This document shows, one piece after another, positions 13,121 through 26,453 of a DNA stretch of 64,000 bases. This DNA is from Octopus bimaculoides. Lineage: Eukaryota. The notes under the pieces were generated by a model, which saw only the letters and a list, made by a program, of their open reading frames with translations, did no database searches and had not been told where the DNA came from. The position numbers and the translations under genes were made by a program. Every line of letters begins with the position of its first letter. Position 1 is the first letter of the stretch. The DNA lies in assembly GCF_001194135.2 (NCBI RefSeq), contig NC_068982.1, positions 24,489,783 through 24,553,782 of the forward strand, given 5' to 3'.

Positions 13121-13940
13121 TATTTATAATGACGTGAGAATTAGCTCTTGATCCTCCAGACTTTCTACACCTTTCCAATTCATTTATTTTTACTAAAGAG
13201 TAATTTTTTTTTTTTTTTTTTGATAATGGAATTAATTACTCGGGTTTAACAACTTAGAAAAACAGCTGTATCTATATTGTCCAAAGAGTGGGATATAAGG
13301 ATACATACCTTCTGACAGATGTTTAGATTTAACTGAATGTTGGCGAAAATATTTGACCGTTGAAATATTAATCTCAAATTATGTAGAAGATACTGAGATG
13401 TGCGCCCAATTTACTAAATAACATTAGAATAGACAGTGTTTATATTATAGATGTATGGAACTGGAGGAAGACCAATAATTTATATTCTATTTCTCAATCA
13501 TTTATGTTCAGTTGTTAATTTTTGCCTTTTATTCTTTTTTTCTCTTCGATTCATTCTATTTCTCGATAAGTAAATTTGAATTTGAGTTTTCTTATGTATT
13601 TGGGATTTCTTTAATTATATACAAATAAGATGATTAAAATATCTTCGACGAAGTGTATCAGTATATAGATTCTGTACATGGACCTGATGTGTCAAATTTT
13701 CTTTTTCTTTTTTTTTTTTTTCAGAACTATTAAAGTAATTATTTCTGCTATAGGCACAATGCCTAAATGTTTTAGGGCGCATGCTAGGCGATTANNNNNN
13801 NNNNNNNNNNNNNNNNNNNNNNNNNNNNNNNNNNNNNNNNNNNNNNNNNNNNNNNNNNNNNNNNNNNAGCGTTTTGTCAGGTGTGCAAAAGATTGTGCCA
13901 GCTTTGGAATTAGCATAATAATGAAATGCTTTACACATAA

Positions 13941-13967
13941 ATAATAACAACAACAACAACAATAACA

Positions 13968-14016
<49 letters not shown>

Positions 14017-14030
14017 CAACGTTATTATTA
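13941..14030. repeat. (AAC)n/(AAT)n microsatellite at the 5' junction of the R4/Dong-like LINE
   Basis: Direct reading. Confidence 0.95.
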
Positions 14031-14034
14031 TTGG

Positions 14035-15322
14035 AGATAATGGAGAAGAAAATGAAATGCGGATGTAATATTTCCGAAGACTGCAGTTGGTGTTGCTCTC
14101 AAAATTGACTGAATGGAATAAAATCCAAGCAGTTAATAAGTGGACAATAGCATCACTTCGGTATGAAGCGGGAATTATAAAATAGCAAGAGAGAGAGAGA
14201 GAGAGAGAGGAGATGAAAATTGATACCGAGACCAGAAAAATATTGACAGTATAGGGAGCATTCCACCCTAAGAGTGACACCAATATGTTGTACTTGACCA
14301 GAAGAATGGTTAGGATATTCTGATCAGTTGCCAGGACTGTATTGAAGCAGAGGAAAACAGCTTAGGGTGGTATATAGAAATAACGTGGAGCCATTGTTGA
14401 AACATACGAAGAAGGCCGCGTTATCTAAACTGAGAATTATGTGATGTAAGAAAAATTTAAAGAAGAAATGAGCAGAAAAAGAGAAAAAGCATGGAAGGTA
14501 AAGAAAATGTACAATCAGTTTCCTAGAGATATGGCTTTGGATGAGGAGGAGTAACCTGAAGAGAGAGACAGAAGTACTCATATGCGCAGCTCAAGAACAA
14601 GCGTTAGGGACCAACTATGTGAAGTGCAGAATAGACAGAATGTGTGATGAGAGGGATGAAACGGTATGGCACATTGTCAGCGAATGCCCGAAGTTAGCAC
14701 AACGCGAATACAAACAACACCATGAAAATATGGCAAGAATGATCCATTGGGAGCTTTGTGTAAATCACGGCCTACAAAGAGTAAAGACATGGTGTGAGCA
14801 AACACCAGATTGAGTCACCCAGAATTAAAATTGCAGAATCCTCTGTGATGCAATGTTTCAGTGCGATCAAGTGACCAGACATCAGAAGCCAGACATCGTT
14901 GTGGGGAATAAAAAAAGAGAAGTCATGCATGATATTCGACGTAGCATATTCCGGTGGCAACAGGATCCACGTGAAAGAAGAAAAAAAACAACTATGACGA
15001 TTTGAAGTGGGAAATACGGAGTTTGTGATCAATGAGGAGAGGAGACATGATAACAAGAGTAATTAGTGCACTTGAAATTATCAGCACTCAACTACCCACA
15101 CGGCTGAAAAAGATTGGTGAAGGTAGAACACCTAGAAAAACCAGCATTGCTTGGAACTTTAATAACTCTTCGCAGGGTTCTCGAAGTATGACCTGTAAAC
15201 AATTATCACCTTTGTATGCTAGTTGTAGACACTTGACACTTTCCATCATACACAGGAAAATAAACTGTGAGTTTTCGTATGATAATAAAAATAATAAGGA
15301 TAATGATAATAACAACAACAAA
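14035..15322 (+). mobile_element. R4/Dong-like non-LTR retrotransposon with restriction-like endonuclease, 5'-truncated, defective
   Basis: YFRRLQLVLLSKL..NKIQAVNKW..LRYEAGII; GAFHPKSD (14264-14278); LKRETEVLICAAQEQAL; degenerate zinc knuckle RMC...ETVWHIVSEC; RLE motif KPDIV (14886)...CMIFDVA; terminal ALLGT..LRRVLEV* at about 15190; (AAT)-rich tail 15281-15322. Confidence 0.88.
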
Positions 15323-15409
15323 TAGCTGGACTCGTGAATAATTAACGAAAATATAAAAAGAATTTAAGCAGCTGTAAATTGAGTGCTGGTGCCACGAGAA
15401 ATATTTCTA

Positions 15410-15610
15410 TATCTGGTAGAGTCATTAGCATGCCGGGCAAAATTCTTAGCAGTATTTCGTCTGTCTTTATATTCTGAGGTTAAATTCTGCTTTGTCTTTC
15501 ATCGTTTCGGAGTCGATAAATTAAGTACTGGTTGCGTACTGGAGTCGATCAAATCGACTGGCCCCCTTCGCCAAAAATTTCAGGACTTGTGTGCCTATAG
15601 TAGATAAATA
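15410..15610 (+). mobile_element. tRNA-derived SINE, family A
   Basis: gccgggcaaaattcttagc, gtcgataaattaagtactggttgcgtact, tail aaaatttcaggacttgtg. Confidence 0.85.
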
Positions 15611-15611
15611 T

Positions 15612-16300
15612 ATTGCGACACGGCCACGACCAGCGGGTGGTGTAACGTTGTCCCCAAATGAGGCGTATGAATACATTGAGTTTTAATTTCTGACGCTCTG
15701 TTTAAAGTTCATTCCTTCAATGTCGGTATTCTACAAAAGTTGTTTTAACTGGTGAAGACATTCTTGTAGATTATGCATGACAGTGCGGGAATACTAAGTT
15801 CATCCCACCAATCTTAAACTGAGAATTTATTTGTTCTTTTAATTTATTCCGTTCTCTTATTTGAGCTCTGCCTGTCATAAGATAATTCTGTGTTTCATAT
15901 TCTTGCATATTTTTCCTTCTTTCTTGAACTCTGTTTCTCACATATTGAAGGTACTTCTGCCTTTCATCTTCGTCCATATGTTCCCTTCTTCCTTGAACTC
16001 TGTTTCTTATATTTTCCAAGTACAGCTGCCCTTACTCTTGACTCATCTGTTCTCGATTCTGTTGATCTGTATCTCTCTTATTTTGAAAATATACTTGCCA
16101 TTGGTCCTGGCTCATTCGTTCTATCCTTTGCTGAATTCTTTCCCTCCTATGCCGTAGGATACGCTTCCTCTTTTCTTGGCTTATACCGTTTCTTCTCTGT
16201 CTCATCTCCGTTCGATTTTGATTCCTTATTTCCTCCAGCTGTTCCTCGCGCAACCATTCTCTCCTTCTACGCTGACGCTCTCTTGCTGCGTCCCCCATGC
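15612..16300 (-). pseudogene. Helitron Rep-helicase N-terminal fragment (R/E/Q-rich region, zinc-finger start, NSxxSxASFG motif)
   Basis: ORFs 16032-16298 and 15771-16019 share a frame across one stop and end IGGMNLVFPHCHA. After a frameshift: LKQLL*...FKQSVRN*NSMYSYASFGDNVTPPAGRG, matching the Helitron IRxYNSxFxFxSxG...GxGP region. Confidence 0.75.
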
Positions 16301-17856
16301 GGTGTCCATATTTTAAAACTTATCAAATTAATAATTCTCCGAAATGATTCAGAGTCTTTCAATTGAAAAAGAACATATACGAATGTATTAGACAGTTTTT
16401 GTTTAAAAGGTGAAAATATTTCTGAAATACTCACCTAACACGCAAGGACATAGTATATAAGATATGGTAATTAATTATATTGCAGAAGAGTAAAAAATAA
16501 AGGGGGAAAATAGAATTAATATTTTTGATTTTGTTCGGGTCCATGAATTTTATTTTTTTTAAATAATTTTGCAAATTGCTTGATACAAGAAAAAAGAAAT
16601 TGGAAAAATCCTGACCAAAACAGAGAAATTCTAACTTAACAAAAAATATAGTAACAATTGCATCTATTACCACCACGCGACACTTATTATCATACATACA
16701 CAGATACACACACACATACATTCATATATATATATANNNNNNNNNNNNNNNNNNNNNNNNNNNNNNNNNNNNNNNNNNNNNNNNNNNNNNNNNNNNNNNN
16801 NNNNNNNNNNNNNNNNNNNNNNNNNNNNNNNNNNNNNNNNNNNNNNNNNNNNNNNNNNNNNNNNNNNNNNNNNNNNNNNNNNNNNNNNNNNNNNNNNNNN
16901 NNNNNNNNNNNNNNNNNNNNNNNNNNNNNNNNNNNNNNNNNNNNNNNNNNNNNNNNNNNNNNNNNNNNNNNNNNNNNNNNNNNNNNNNNNNNNNNNNNNN
17001 NNNNNNNNNNNNNNNNNNNNNNNNNNNNNNNNNNNNNNNNNNNNNNNNNNNNNNNNNNNNNNNNNNNNNNNNNNNNNNNNNNNNNNNNNNNNNNNNNNNN
17101 NNNNNNNNNNNNNNNNNNNNNNNNNNNNNNNNNNNNNNNNNNNNNNNNNNNNNNNNNNNNNNNNNNNNNNNNNNNNNNNNNNNNNNNNNNNNNNNNNNNN
17201 NNNNNNNNNNNNNNNNNNNNNNNNNNNNNNNNNNNNNNNNNNNNNNNNNNNNNNNNNNNNNNNNNNNNNNNNNNNNNNNNNNNNNNNNNNNNNNNNNNNN
17301 NNNNNNNNNNNNNNNNNNNNNNNNNNNNNNNNNNNNNNNNNNNNNNNNNNNNNNNNNNNNNNNNNNNNNNNNNNNNNNNNNNNNNNNNNNNNNNNNNNNN
17401 NNNNNNNNNNNNNNNNNNNNNNNNNNNNNNNNNNNNNNNNNNNNNNNNNNNNNNNNNNNNNNNNNNNNNNNNNNNNNNNNNNTCTCTCTCCCTTGCTCCC
17501 TCGCTTAATATCGGTGCTGCCTCGGTGGTCCAGTAGGCATGGGTCCTGATAATTACAGGACCCGTGAAAAATTCTTTGAATATATTGACCCTGTTTGCTT
17601 CAGATTCATGTCATATCAGTAGGGTGCTGATGGTCTGTGAGTTGCTGTGAAAGCCTTATTGGATAAAAACGTTTCTGCTGTGCAATTACCGGTGAGGTAA
17701 TATGATGCCGAGCTGAGAAAGGCACTTCGACGAGCATGGATGCTGCGGACGTGAGCCCGAGAGAAACGAACTGCTACAGCATTAACCATATGGACTGTCA
17801 TTGCTGTAGTTGAGACCATTCAGCTATAGACTTTTGTGTTAACTCAGAAATATATA

Positions 17857-19145
17857 TTGAGTTGGCAACTAAGTTCTCGCGGTCTTTTTTTTAATTTTTA
17901 AAAAGTTTTAATAAGAAATAACAACTAATTAATCAATAATGTATTCACCCTTGTTGTTTACAGCTTCTTCCCAACGTTCAACAAGATTTTCAATACCTCG
18001 TTGGTAGACATCACCTGATTTCGACTCGAAAAATTGATCCAACCAAGCTCTCAATTCTGCATCAGTATCGAACGAAACTCCGCGCATAGCATTTGAAAGA
18101 GATCGAAAGAGGTGGAAATCCATTGGTGCCAAATCAGGAGAGTACGGCGGATGTGGCAGCAATTCCCAGCCATGCGTTTGAATGGCTTCCTTTCATATTG
18201 GCGATATGAGGGCGGGCGTTGTCGTGCAGCAGAAGAACTCCATGCTGCCGATTAGGTCTTTTCTCTTGAATAGCCGTGTTGCGTCGTTCCATCTGTTGAA
18301 CATAATAGAGTTCCGCGTTGACCGTTTGGTTCCGTTGGAGCAATTCGTAATGGGTAATCCCGTCCTAGTCGCACCACACGCACAACATCGTTTTACGCAG
18401 ATGGTGATCTTGCTTCACGCGCGGTTTCGCTTGTTTACCGGGGCTAAGCCATACCTTACACTCCTTCATATTGATGTACAGGCACCATTTTTCGTCGCCA
18501 GTAACGATTCGGTAAAGAAATCAGTGCTTGTGTCCAGGAGTTGAGAGGTGAGGAGCAAGCAAACCAGCGGAGATTGTGGCTCGTTGATTTTTGTTGTTGT
18601 CACTTAAAGCATGTGGAACCCATGCTCTGTACTTGTGAACCATTCCCATCGATAGATCGATAGCAGTGTGGGACCATTCTATTTTCGGTGCCTGTTCCCT
18701 TGTCGTTTGACGAAAATTTTCGTGCAAAATTTGGTTTAATCACTCTTCATCGAAATCAGCTGGACGGCCAGGACGAGGTGCAACTTTGAGGTCAAAATTT
18801 CCATTTTTGAACTTGGCATACCAATCATGAGCGGTTCTTTCAGCCATGGCACCCTCTCCATACACAGTACAAACATCGCGAGCAGCTTTTGCAGCCTTAG
18901 AACCTTGATTAAAAACAAAAAGATGGAGGTGTCGAAAATACTCGTTTTTCTAAACTTGACATCCCACTTTAACGATCTGAAAATAAACAAAAAATAACAA
19001 AAATTAACTAGAAAAACAAAAGTAACAAAATAGATTCCAAAATGATTCAAAAATAGGATTCTCGAAAAAAGTAGATTCCAAAATTTAAAAACGCAATAAA
19101 TTCCAAAGTTTAAAAAGAACGGTGAGAACTTAGTTGCCAACCCAA
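17857..19145 (-). mobile_element. Full-length defective mariner transposon (1289 bp, TIRs, TA target-site duplication)
   Basis: Left TA|ttgagttggcaactaagttctc; right end gagaacttagttgccaacccaa|TA; encloses a transposase pseudogene. Confidence 0.95.
17929..18967 (-). pseudogene. mariner DD34D-type transposase pseudogene
   Basis: Start codon appears mutated to GTG (18967). Motifs WVPHAL, IVTGDEKW, HDNARPH and HPPYSPDLAPMDFHLF are present; several stops and frameshifts. Confidence 0.93.
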
Positions 19146-19169
19146 TATATATAAGGCATAGCAATTGTT

Positions 19170-19549
19170 AGCTATCAAAACCTTTGATTGTAACATGAAG
19201 GCGCCATTTCAGGAGATTGCGGTGTGTGCAGTCTAAATTCCCAACACAGTACTTAGACCATTTTGCACAGATTAACCACATGAGGACGGTGAGCGATCTC
19301 GTGTTGAAGAAGTATGCCTGTGTCAATCGAGGGGTTTCAGATGGATTGTACATCGAGCTAAGGATTTCATTGAACTCGGTAGTAACGCCGAGAATCTTGA
19401 GATCGAATCTCCCCTCCTTCAATAATGTAAATCATTACTATAGAGTTCTTTCACTTTCAGCAATGGTCCCTTCCTCACATAGATAAAAATATTTTTGGTA
19501 GCGTTGGAACCTTCATTGAAATGTAAGAGAAGCATACGTTGAAAGTACA

Positions 19550-19555
<6 letters not shown>
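19170..19555 (-). mobile_element. Older, highly degenerate mariner N-terminal fragment
   Basis: YFQRMLLLHFNEGSNATK and GRFDLK..TEFNE resemble the mariner HTH region; no TIR recognised. Confidence 0.55.
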
Positions 19556-19588
<33 letters not shown>

Positions 19589-22500
19589 CCAATCCATCGA
19601 CATTTGTGTGAGAAGAGGTAAAATTCATTCCAATTTCAAATACGATACACAAACTTTGTGAAAGAGTGCTGCTACAACAGTAAAACAAAACGTAAAACTC
19701 TACGATAAAAAAGTATTTAGTGTTAATTCGACTGACACTGGAAAAGGAGGAATGTATCTCAGAGCTTAATGTACATAATTATATTTCTACACATATCTGT
19801 GTAGAAATATATATACATACACATATGTTTACATACACGGACATACATATATGTGTATGTGTGTGCAAAATCTCGTACTATATATATTTGCGTCTCTGTA
19901 CTACATGACTTTTTGTGTGCATATTTATGCGTATAAACTCTGTGATTGAATATCTATGTGCATGGCAATACCCAGAAAAATGCCACTTTCGAAATGTTAA
20001 TTGCTACTGTAAGCGTTTGATCAGCTTGTTATCTCCTGATAATTAGTATCAGTTGTATGGTTATTAAGCAGCTGACCCAAGCAATGGCAAAATGTTTTTG
20101 AAACCTAACATATGTAATAAATTCCTAATTAGTTCAGAGTAAAAAAAAAATATGCTAACCCTTGAATCATTAATGTCAATAGACTTATGTTATCTCGTAT
20201 TACACAATGCTTTTGTTTCAGTAAAATTGTGTTATATGCTTAATAGGGGGTACAAATCTTTTATAGCACCCCATAGTTTATACTTTATTCAAAGTTGATT
20301 ATTCAAATTGATATTACGTATGTTATGTTATCGGAATTTTGGAAGGCTGCTAATTTCCAGTGATTTACAATTTATTCTACTTGTCTATTTTTTGTCTCTC
20401 TTTTGTCTATCTTTTTTTTTTTACATGTAATATAAACAGCATATGCCCTCCAAGAATTTGTCAGCCATCATATGTATTATTCTACTATTCAGATAATTTC
20501 CAGCATCTTATTTCAGCCTTTTGCGTATATTATGGAATTTAGTAGACATTGAAATGGCGAATACATAATTTACTCTCTTTCTCAATTACCTTCGGTTTTC
20601 CATAGTTTCATTATTTGGAGAAAAAATACGTGTTTGTTAATTTCTTTCCCTATGAGAAAAAATGCTTCCCGTTTGTTTGTTTGTTTTTTTTGCGTAGGAA
20701 TATGTGCAATATTAATGCAATAGTATGACAGCATAGAACTGAAATAACCAAGAATTAATGGTATTTCTATTATAAGAGAAAAGGTCACGAACATATACCA
20801 CAGAACTCAGAAATATCTACAGCATGTTCAAATTAATCATGGCTCTATCACAGACAAGTACAAATTTCTGCAACGTTTTATAAGGCTCTGTTATAATCGA
20901 TGAAACTCTATTCATACCCGTATTTGACCAAAATACGGTTTACAAGATATTGCAACCAAAACATTTCTGTGTAACTTCACCTAGAGCCACAAAATTTGTC
21001 ATTACTGTCACTTGTAAAAGAAGCTTTCATCTCTGAATTCCAAATGGTATTATCTTTCCGAGAAACATTTTATTCCACAAAATCACAGAGAGAGAACTGG
21101 CCAAATTGATGCTTCAAATTCGAAATTGAAGTAAGTAATAACTGAGTAATTTTCTTTTCATTGCATTGAGATATCGAATATGTAGTGTTGAAATATCTAT
21201 AATTGATTATACAGATGAAGAAAATCTACAACAGGTAATTATCTAACCCAAAGAAGAAGGAATCATGATCCTTGAGGTAATTCTCAACAAAAAATTTGGG
21301 AGAGATAATTTACCTATTGATGTATGACTGGACGCTGGATACTCTCATATTGAACTGCTAAATTCATTTATTCCATCTGGACTGACAGCAGACGGTTGAA
21401 AATTGGAAACTTTATAATGCTTTTGCACAGTTTATCTCTTAAACAGTTTACTTTGAAAGGAAGAAAAACACATCAAAAATTGTCTTGAAAAGCCGAAGCT
21501 TCGATATAATAAGAGGAATCCTTACAGAATAGGGAATGGTGATACATCAGATAGAGAAATTGGTCAATATCTATGATATTTCATAACTATGAACAAAGCA
21601 CATATTCAAATTTTCATTTAGAAATATCTTTTCCGCAGATAATGACGTACATTAAGCAAATTCATATGTCGGAACATTACAGTTAAATGTATGCACACTC
21701 ATATTTAAGGAAAACAACGGGACAGGATATAGACCAGATCACACTACACTCCCCACTTAAGGCGAAGCCATTAATTTATTGTGAAACGGTACATCTGGAC
21801 AAACGTAAGCAAGCGACATGACATACCATATTACAAAAATAAAATAAAATAAAATAAAAATAAATAAATGACACATATGCCGATATGCAATTACTTTTGT
21901 TTAAAAGGAAGAGGAATTCGCGTTATTTTGGAAATATATATAGTTAATAATCTTTCGTGATAACAACAAGCCGTAGCATGTTTAGAATCGGTTCTTCAAA
22001 ACCAGTACTTATTATATGTAATAGGTAATGCAGGTTGACGTGCATTTTATTTCGAAATATCTTTCAATAGGGGACTATATCTAGGACAACATTCTTTGGA
22101 TTTTAGTTCAAGATTAGATCTCGTGTCAAAAGGAAATGATATACACTCGCAAGTAATCATTGACTTGTTAAATGCCCTCAAAAAGACAATAAATATGTTA
22201 AAATATAAGAAAATCAGTTTGCCTCCAAGACATTCGCGATATTTCTTTCTTTGAAATTTTTCTCGTGTTTCTGAAAAATTTCCAGTTCTTTCCTTCGCTT
22301 AGTTCCTCATTGTCTCATCTAAAAGGATAGCAAAAATTCCATTTTTAGAGTAGTTAAACATTCCCCAAAATACCAACATATATGCAACATTATATATACA
22401 CGAAAGGTAGATATATGATATGCTGCTCGTTTTACTGTTAATTATATTCTATAAAACTTCCATTCAATAATCGGGCTTTCAATCGTTTATATAAAATTGC

Positions 22501-22743
22501 GGTGAAATGACACCAAACAGTTTATCAAAAATTACATGAATATATACATAATATATACGATGGCATTCCAATATTCATTTCATATTCTGCATAATTGTCC
22601 GTTTTATTTGCTTCACGCACCGCAATCTTACGAAGACCGATCCTCAAACCTAGGAGTAAAAGGCTGTGAAATATTAATTGACTATAAATATTTCAAATAA
22701 ATCTTTTTAACGTTAAGTGACTTTTACCTATTTCCCTGTTTCA

Positions 22744-22780
<37 letters not shown>

Positions 22781-22865
22781 TGTATACATGGATACATGTA
22801 TAAATATATATGCCTGACGAAGCATATGCATGTTAGTGGGGCAAAACTCGAGATTAATAGATATA

Positions 22866-23090
22866 CTCTTTTACTCTTTTACCTGTTTCGGTCATTTGAG
22901 TGTGGCCATGCTGGAGCACCACCTTTACACGAGCAAATCGACCTCAGGACTTATTCTTTGTAAGCCTAGTACTTATTATATCGGTGGCTTTTGCCGAACC
23001 GCTAAGTTACGAGGGAGTGAACACTCCACCATCGGTTGTCAAGTGGTGTTGGGTGGACAAACACAGACACAAAAACATACACACACACAC

Positions 23091-23162
<72 letters not shown>

Positions 23163-23325
23163 CACGGGCATCTTTCAGTTTCCGTCTACCAAATCCACTC
23201 AAAAGGCTTTGGTGGGCCCGAGGCTATACTAGAAGACACTTGCCCAAGGTGCCACGCGGTGGGACTGAACCCAGAACCATGTGGTTGGTAAGCAAGCTAC
23301 TTACTTCACCGCCACTCCTACACCT
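22866..23325 (-). mobile_element. tRNA-derived SINE, family B, full length with internal (TA)n(TG)n microsatellite
   Basis: On the minus strand: tRNA-like head with B-box ggttcagtccc, then ggcaccttgggcaagtgtctt core, microsatellite (about 23065-23160), 3' body, and (taaaagag)2 tail. Confidence 0.9.
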
Positions 23326-23597
23326 ATGATCAGTAATCGTTAATAATATTTTGCGACTATGAAAACGTCCTCACACAACAACACGTGCGGTGCAGAAACA
23401 TATGTCGTGATACATTAATAAAGCCGAAACATTTCACTCCACAATCATTTCGTAGTTATTATATTCATCCTAAGTTGAAAGGAGTTCTGCATGTGTAAAC
23501 ATCTCAAAGGATGTAAATAAAAGATGGTAGCCGACAACAAGCGGCATAGGAGCTTTTAAGAGGACATTTGGAGGCATTTTTCCAAAAGAAATTAAAT

Positions 23598-23632
<35 letters not shown>

Positions 23633-23714
23633 ACTGAGGTATGTTTCGATCAAAGTTAAGCCCAAGTCGTATTTAATTTAATAGCACCGCATGATAGGAT
23701 TTGTTGAATCGTTA

Positions 23715-24135
23715 TTAAGTCTTGTGTCATCAAGACCTATCGAAGTAGGGAGCTTTTGCGCTCTCTGAGATGTTTGCAAGTATAGGTGGTTTATCTGGTA
23801 TCCTTTGAAGAAATTTGATTTTGTATCTTTTGAAGGTGATTGGATCTTGTTCTTCTTTGACTGGTTTTGTGATAATGTTAAATATATTAGAGCCTTTTGA
23901 GGAAAAGAAATTGTACTGCAATGAATTATTTGGCTTTGATACTGAATCGTGTTGGAGTATATGGGCGGTGGCCACAGCCTTAGATGAATTCTGAATCTGA
24001 CATTAAGATGGTTTGGGAAATGTTGGTGGTACACGCTCCACATTGTTCAAATGAGCTAGCGTTCACGGCGATATTGGAGAGAACAATGTTTCAATTTTTC
24101 AAGGCGGTCCCACTGATCTAGATGAGATATCGCCT
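23715..24135 (-). mobile_element. CR1/L2-like LINE, 3' end of ORF2
   Basis: HLDQWDRLEKLK..SLQYRRER; WSVYHQHFPN; FFSSKGSNIFNII; FKRYKIKFLQRIPDKP. Confidence 0.75.
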
Positions 24136-26261
24136 CCGTGGTTGTCGTCGTCGTCGTTGTCGTCATCATAACGATGACTAATAATGTTTTTCGCATTAGA
24201 TTTTTTATGGACAAATATATTTACAAAAATTAAATGTAGAAATATTTTTTTATAGAAAATACTTCACTCTACTTCATTGCTATTTATTATTTGAACCATC
24301 AATAATAAATCTTTTCTGCTTTCATATAATTTTTTTAATTTTCTTTTTTTTTTTTGTCACCAAATTTTTAATTTGTTATATCCACATATTGACCACCTGT
24401 GCATAGTAATTCTTCTTACGGACAGCGTCACGTTTGGAAAGTGGCTTTTACTCTAATGAAGTTAGCAGGTGGTAAGATATTTATTACTTGTTACGTTGTA
24501 GGAAGCAGTGATGCGGAAAGAGCCCAATATTTCATGTGAATACTTGATTTTGTTATGTATTTCCCTTACACGAATGTTATCGCCTTTTATAGAGACTAGT
24601 TTCGTTTCAGAGGTTCAAATCTCCATTTGAATTAATGATTCACTTGAAATAGATTTCATTTGTAACGGATGCTCCGAATATAAGGAATATCATACATGCT
24701 CACCACATTTAACTTTTATATATTCCATGTACATTTGTGAAGTAAAAATGTCTGCTTATAGCAAATCGTGGAACTTATAGATTTAATGTTCATTTCGTAT
24801 TCTGAACTGAAGTATTTGTGCAGATTGGGGTAAAATACACTTAAATTCTTGTACACGAATATTTTGAAAATGAAACACATCTTGCTGGATTTGTATTCAA
24901 AGAATGGTTTCTACATTCCGTAAAATATATTATTGTTCAATTGGGTATTCAGATGGATATAAGTTAATGTTACATAATGCAGAAATATATAAAATATATA
25001 TGCATAACCACCACAAAGACAAGTTATGATCTGACACTACCGAATATGCATCTTTCATGTTCGTCTTATTTTCTCATACGTGCATTGCATTTCATAGCTA
25101 TTCATATATCCTTATCGGACAATAATTATCTGTCACCATTTCTCTCTGTCTCTTTCTCGCTTACTTCCGCTTTCTCTCTCCATATATGTGTGTGTGTGTG
25201 TGTGTATGTATGTCTGTATACGTATTTCTCTCTCTCCCTCCCTCACAGACATATACGCGCGTACTCACTCACATACACACACGCACACACATGCACAAGC
25301 AAACCCCAGCTACCTCACACGTATATGTACATACATAAGTTGATCTTAATACTATTTTGCCAACGAGAAAAGTATGTATTCATATACCTGCATTCATGTC
25401 ATTCTATATATAAATTCCTTCCGTGGTTGATATTTTACGCATCACAAGTTTCATATGTTAGAAACAAGTGTTTTCTGATTGGAATGCGATCTTCGTAGCA
25501 TTACATTTTCTCAAATATTATGAGGATGAAAGAGGTTTAAATCCCAGAAACACATCAGTATCCAAAGTATTATGCTGTATTCCGATATCAGAAATGAAAC
25601 TCTAATATACTTCGCGTATTTTATACTGGTATATACCAGATAATTTTACTTATGTCAAAGAGCAATACAGTAAATATAATTCACAATTTCTTATCAGGAT
25701 TCTAGTAAAACTTAAGCAGACTATATAGATCGGATCAATGTGAATGCTGAATTATACATTTCCAGTTTCATTAAGAAAATTATGCCTCAAACATTCAAGA
25801 AATTTGATTCGGTGTTGTTTCAAACGGCTAAATTTATGAAAAAATATCTAGAATAATATAATCTCTTTAAAATTGTCGGTTAGCATATATAACTACTATC
25901 ATATAATGAAAATATGAAAAAAAGTTTGGTGAGAATGTTAATTTTATATTGCATCAAGTTCATCCCACGTGCAGCATGGTAGAAAATATTTGATAACAAT
26001 TTCTTTCAAATTATATTTCAGAAAATATAAATTAGTACAACATAGCCTTCGGTTACAGCAAAGGAAGTTGGACGTTTACTTTGATTTTTTGTCAGCCAAA
26101 CACATTTCAGCAATAATAAGATATTTACTTGCAATTCGTAAAAGTATAAAGCTTATATCTGCGAAATAGTATACTTCCACATGAATAGCTATGTGCTCAA
26201 CAGGATATTCTACAAAATTAACAGAGGTATATCAGTAACGTATTTCAAACGACAACAGAAA

Positions 26262-26265
26262 ACTG

Positions 26266-26329
<64 letters not shown>

Positions 26330-26364
26330 GACTACTACGACTACTGCTGCTGCTGCTGCTACTG

Positions 26365-26452
<88 letters not shown>
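26262..26452. repeat. (ACT)n(GCT)n(AAT)n compound microsatellite
   Basis: Direct reading; explains the poly-T/A/N and poly-S ORFs. Confidence 0.95.

Positions 26453-26453
<1 letters not shown>

Noticed and set aside
20780-21800. Possible exons (donors near 21131 and 21235) or a decayed PLE N-terminal ORF
   Set aside because: Frames are broken by many stops and no motif is convincing enough to assign either way.
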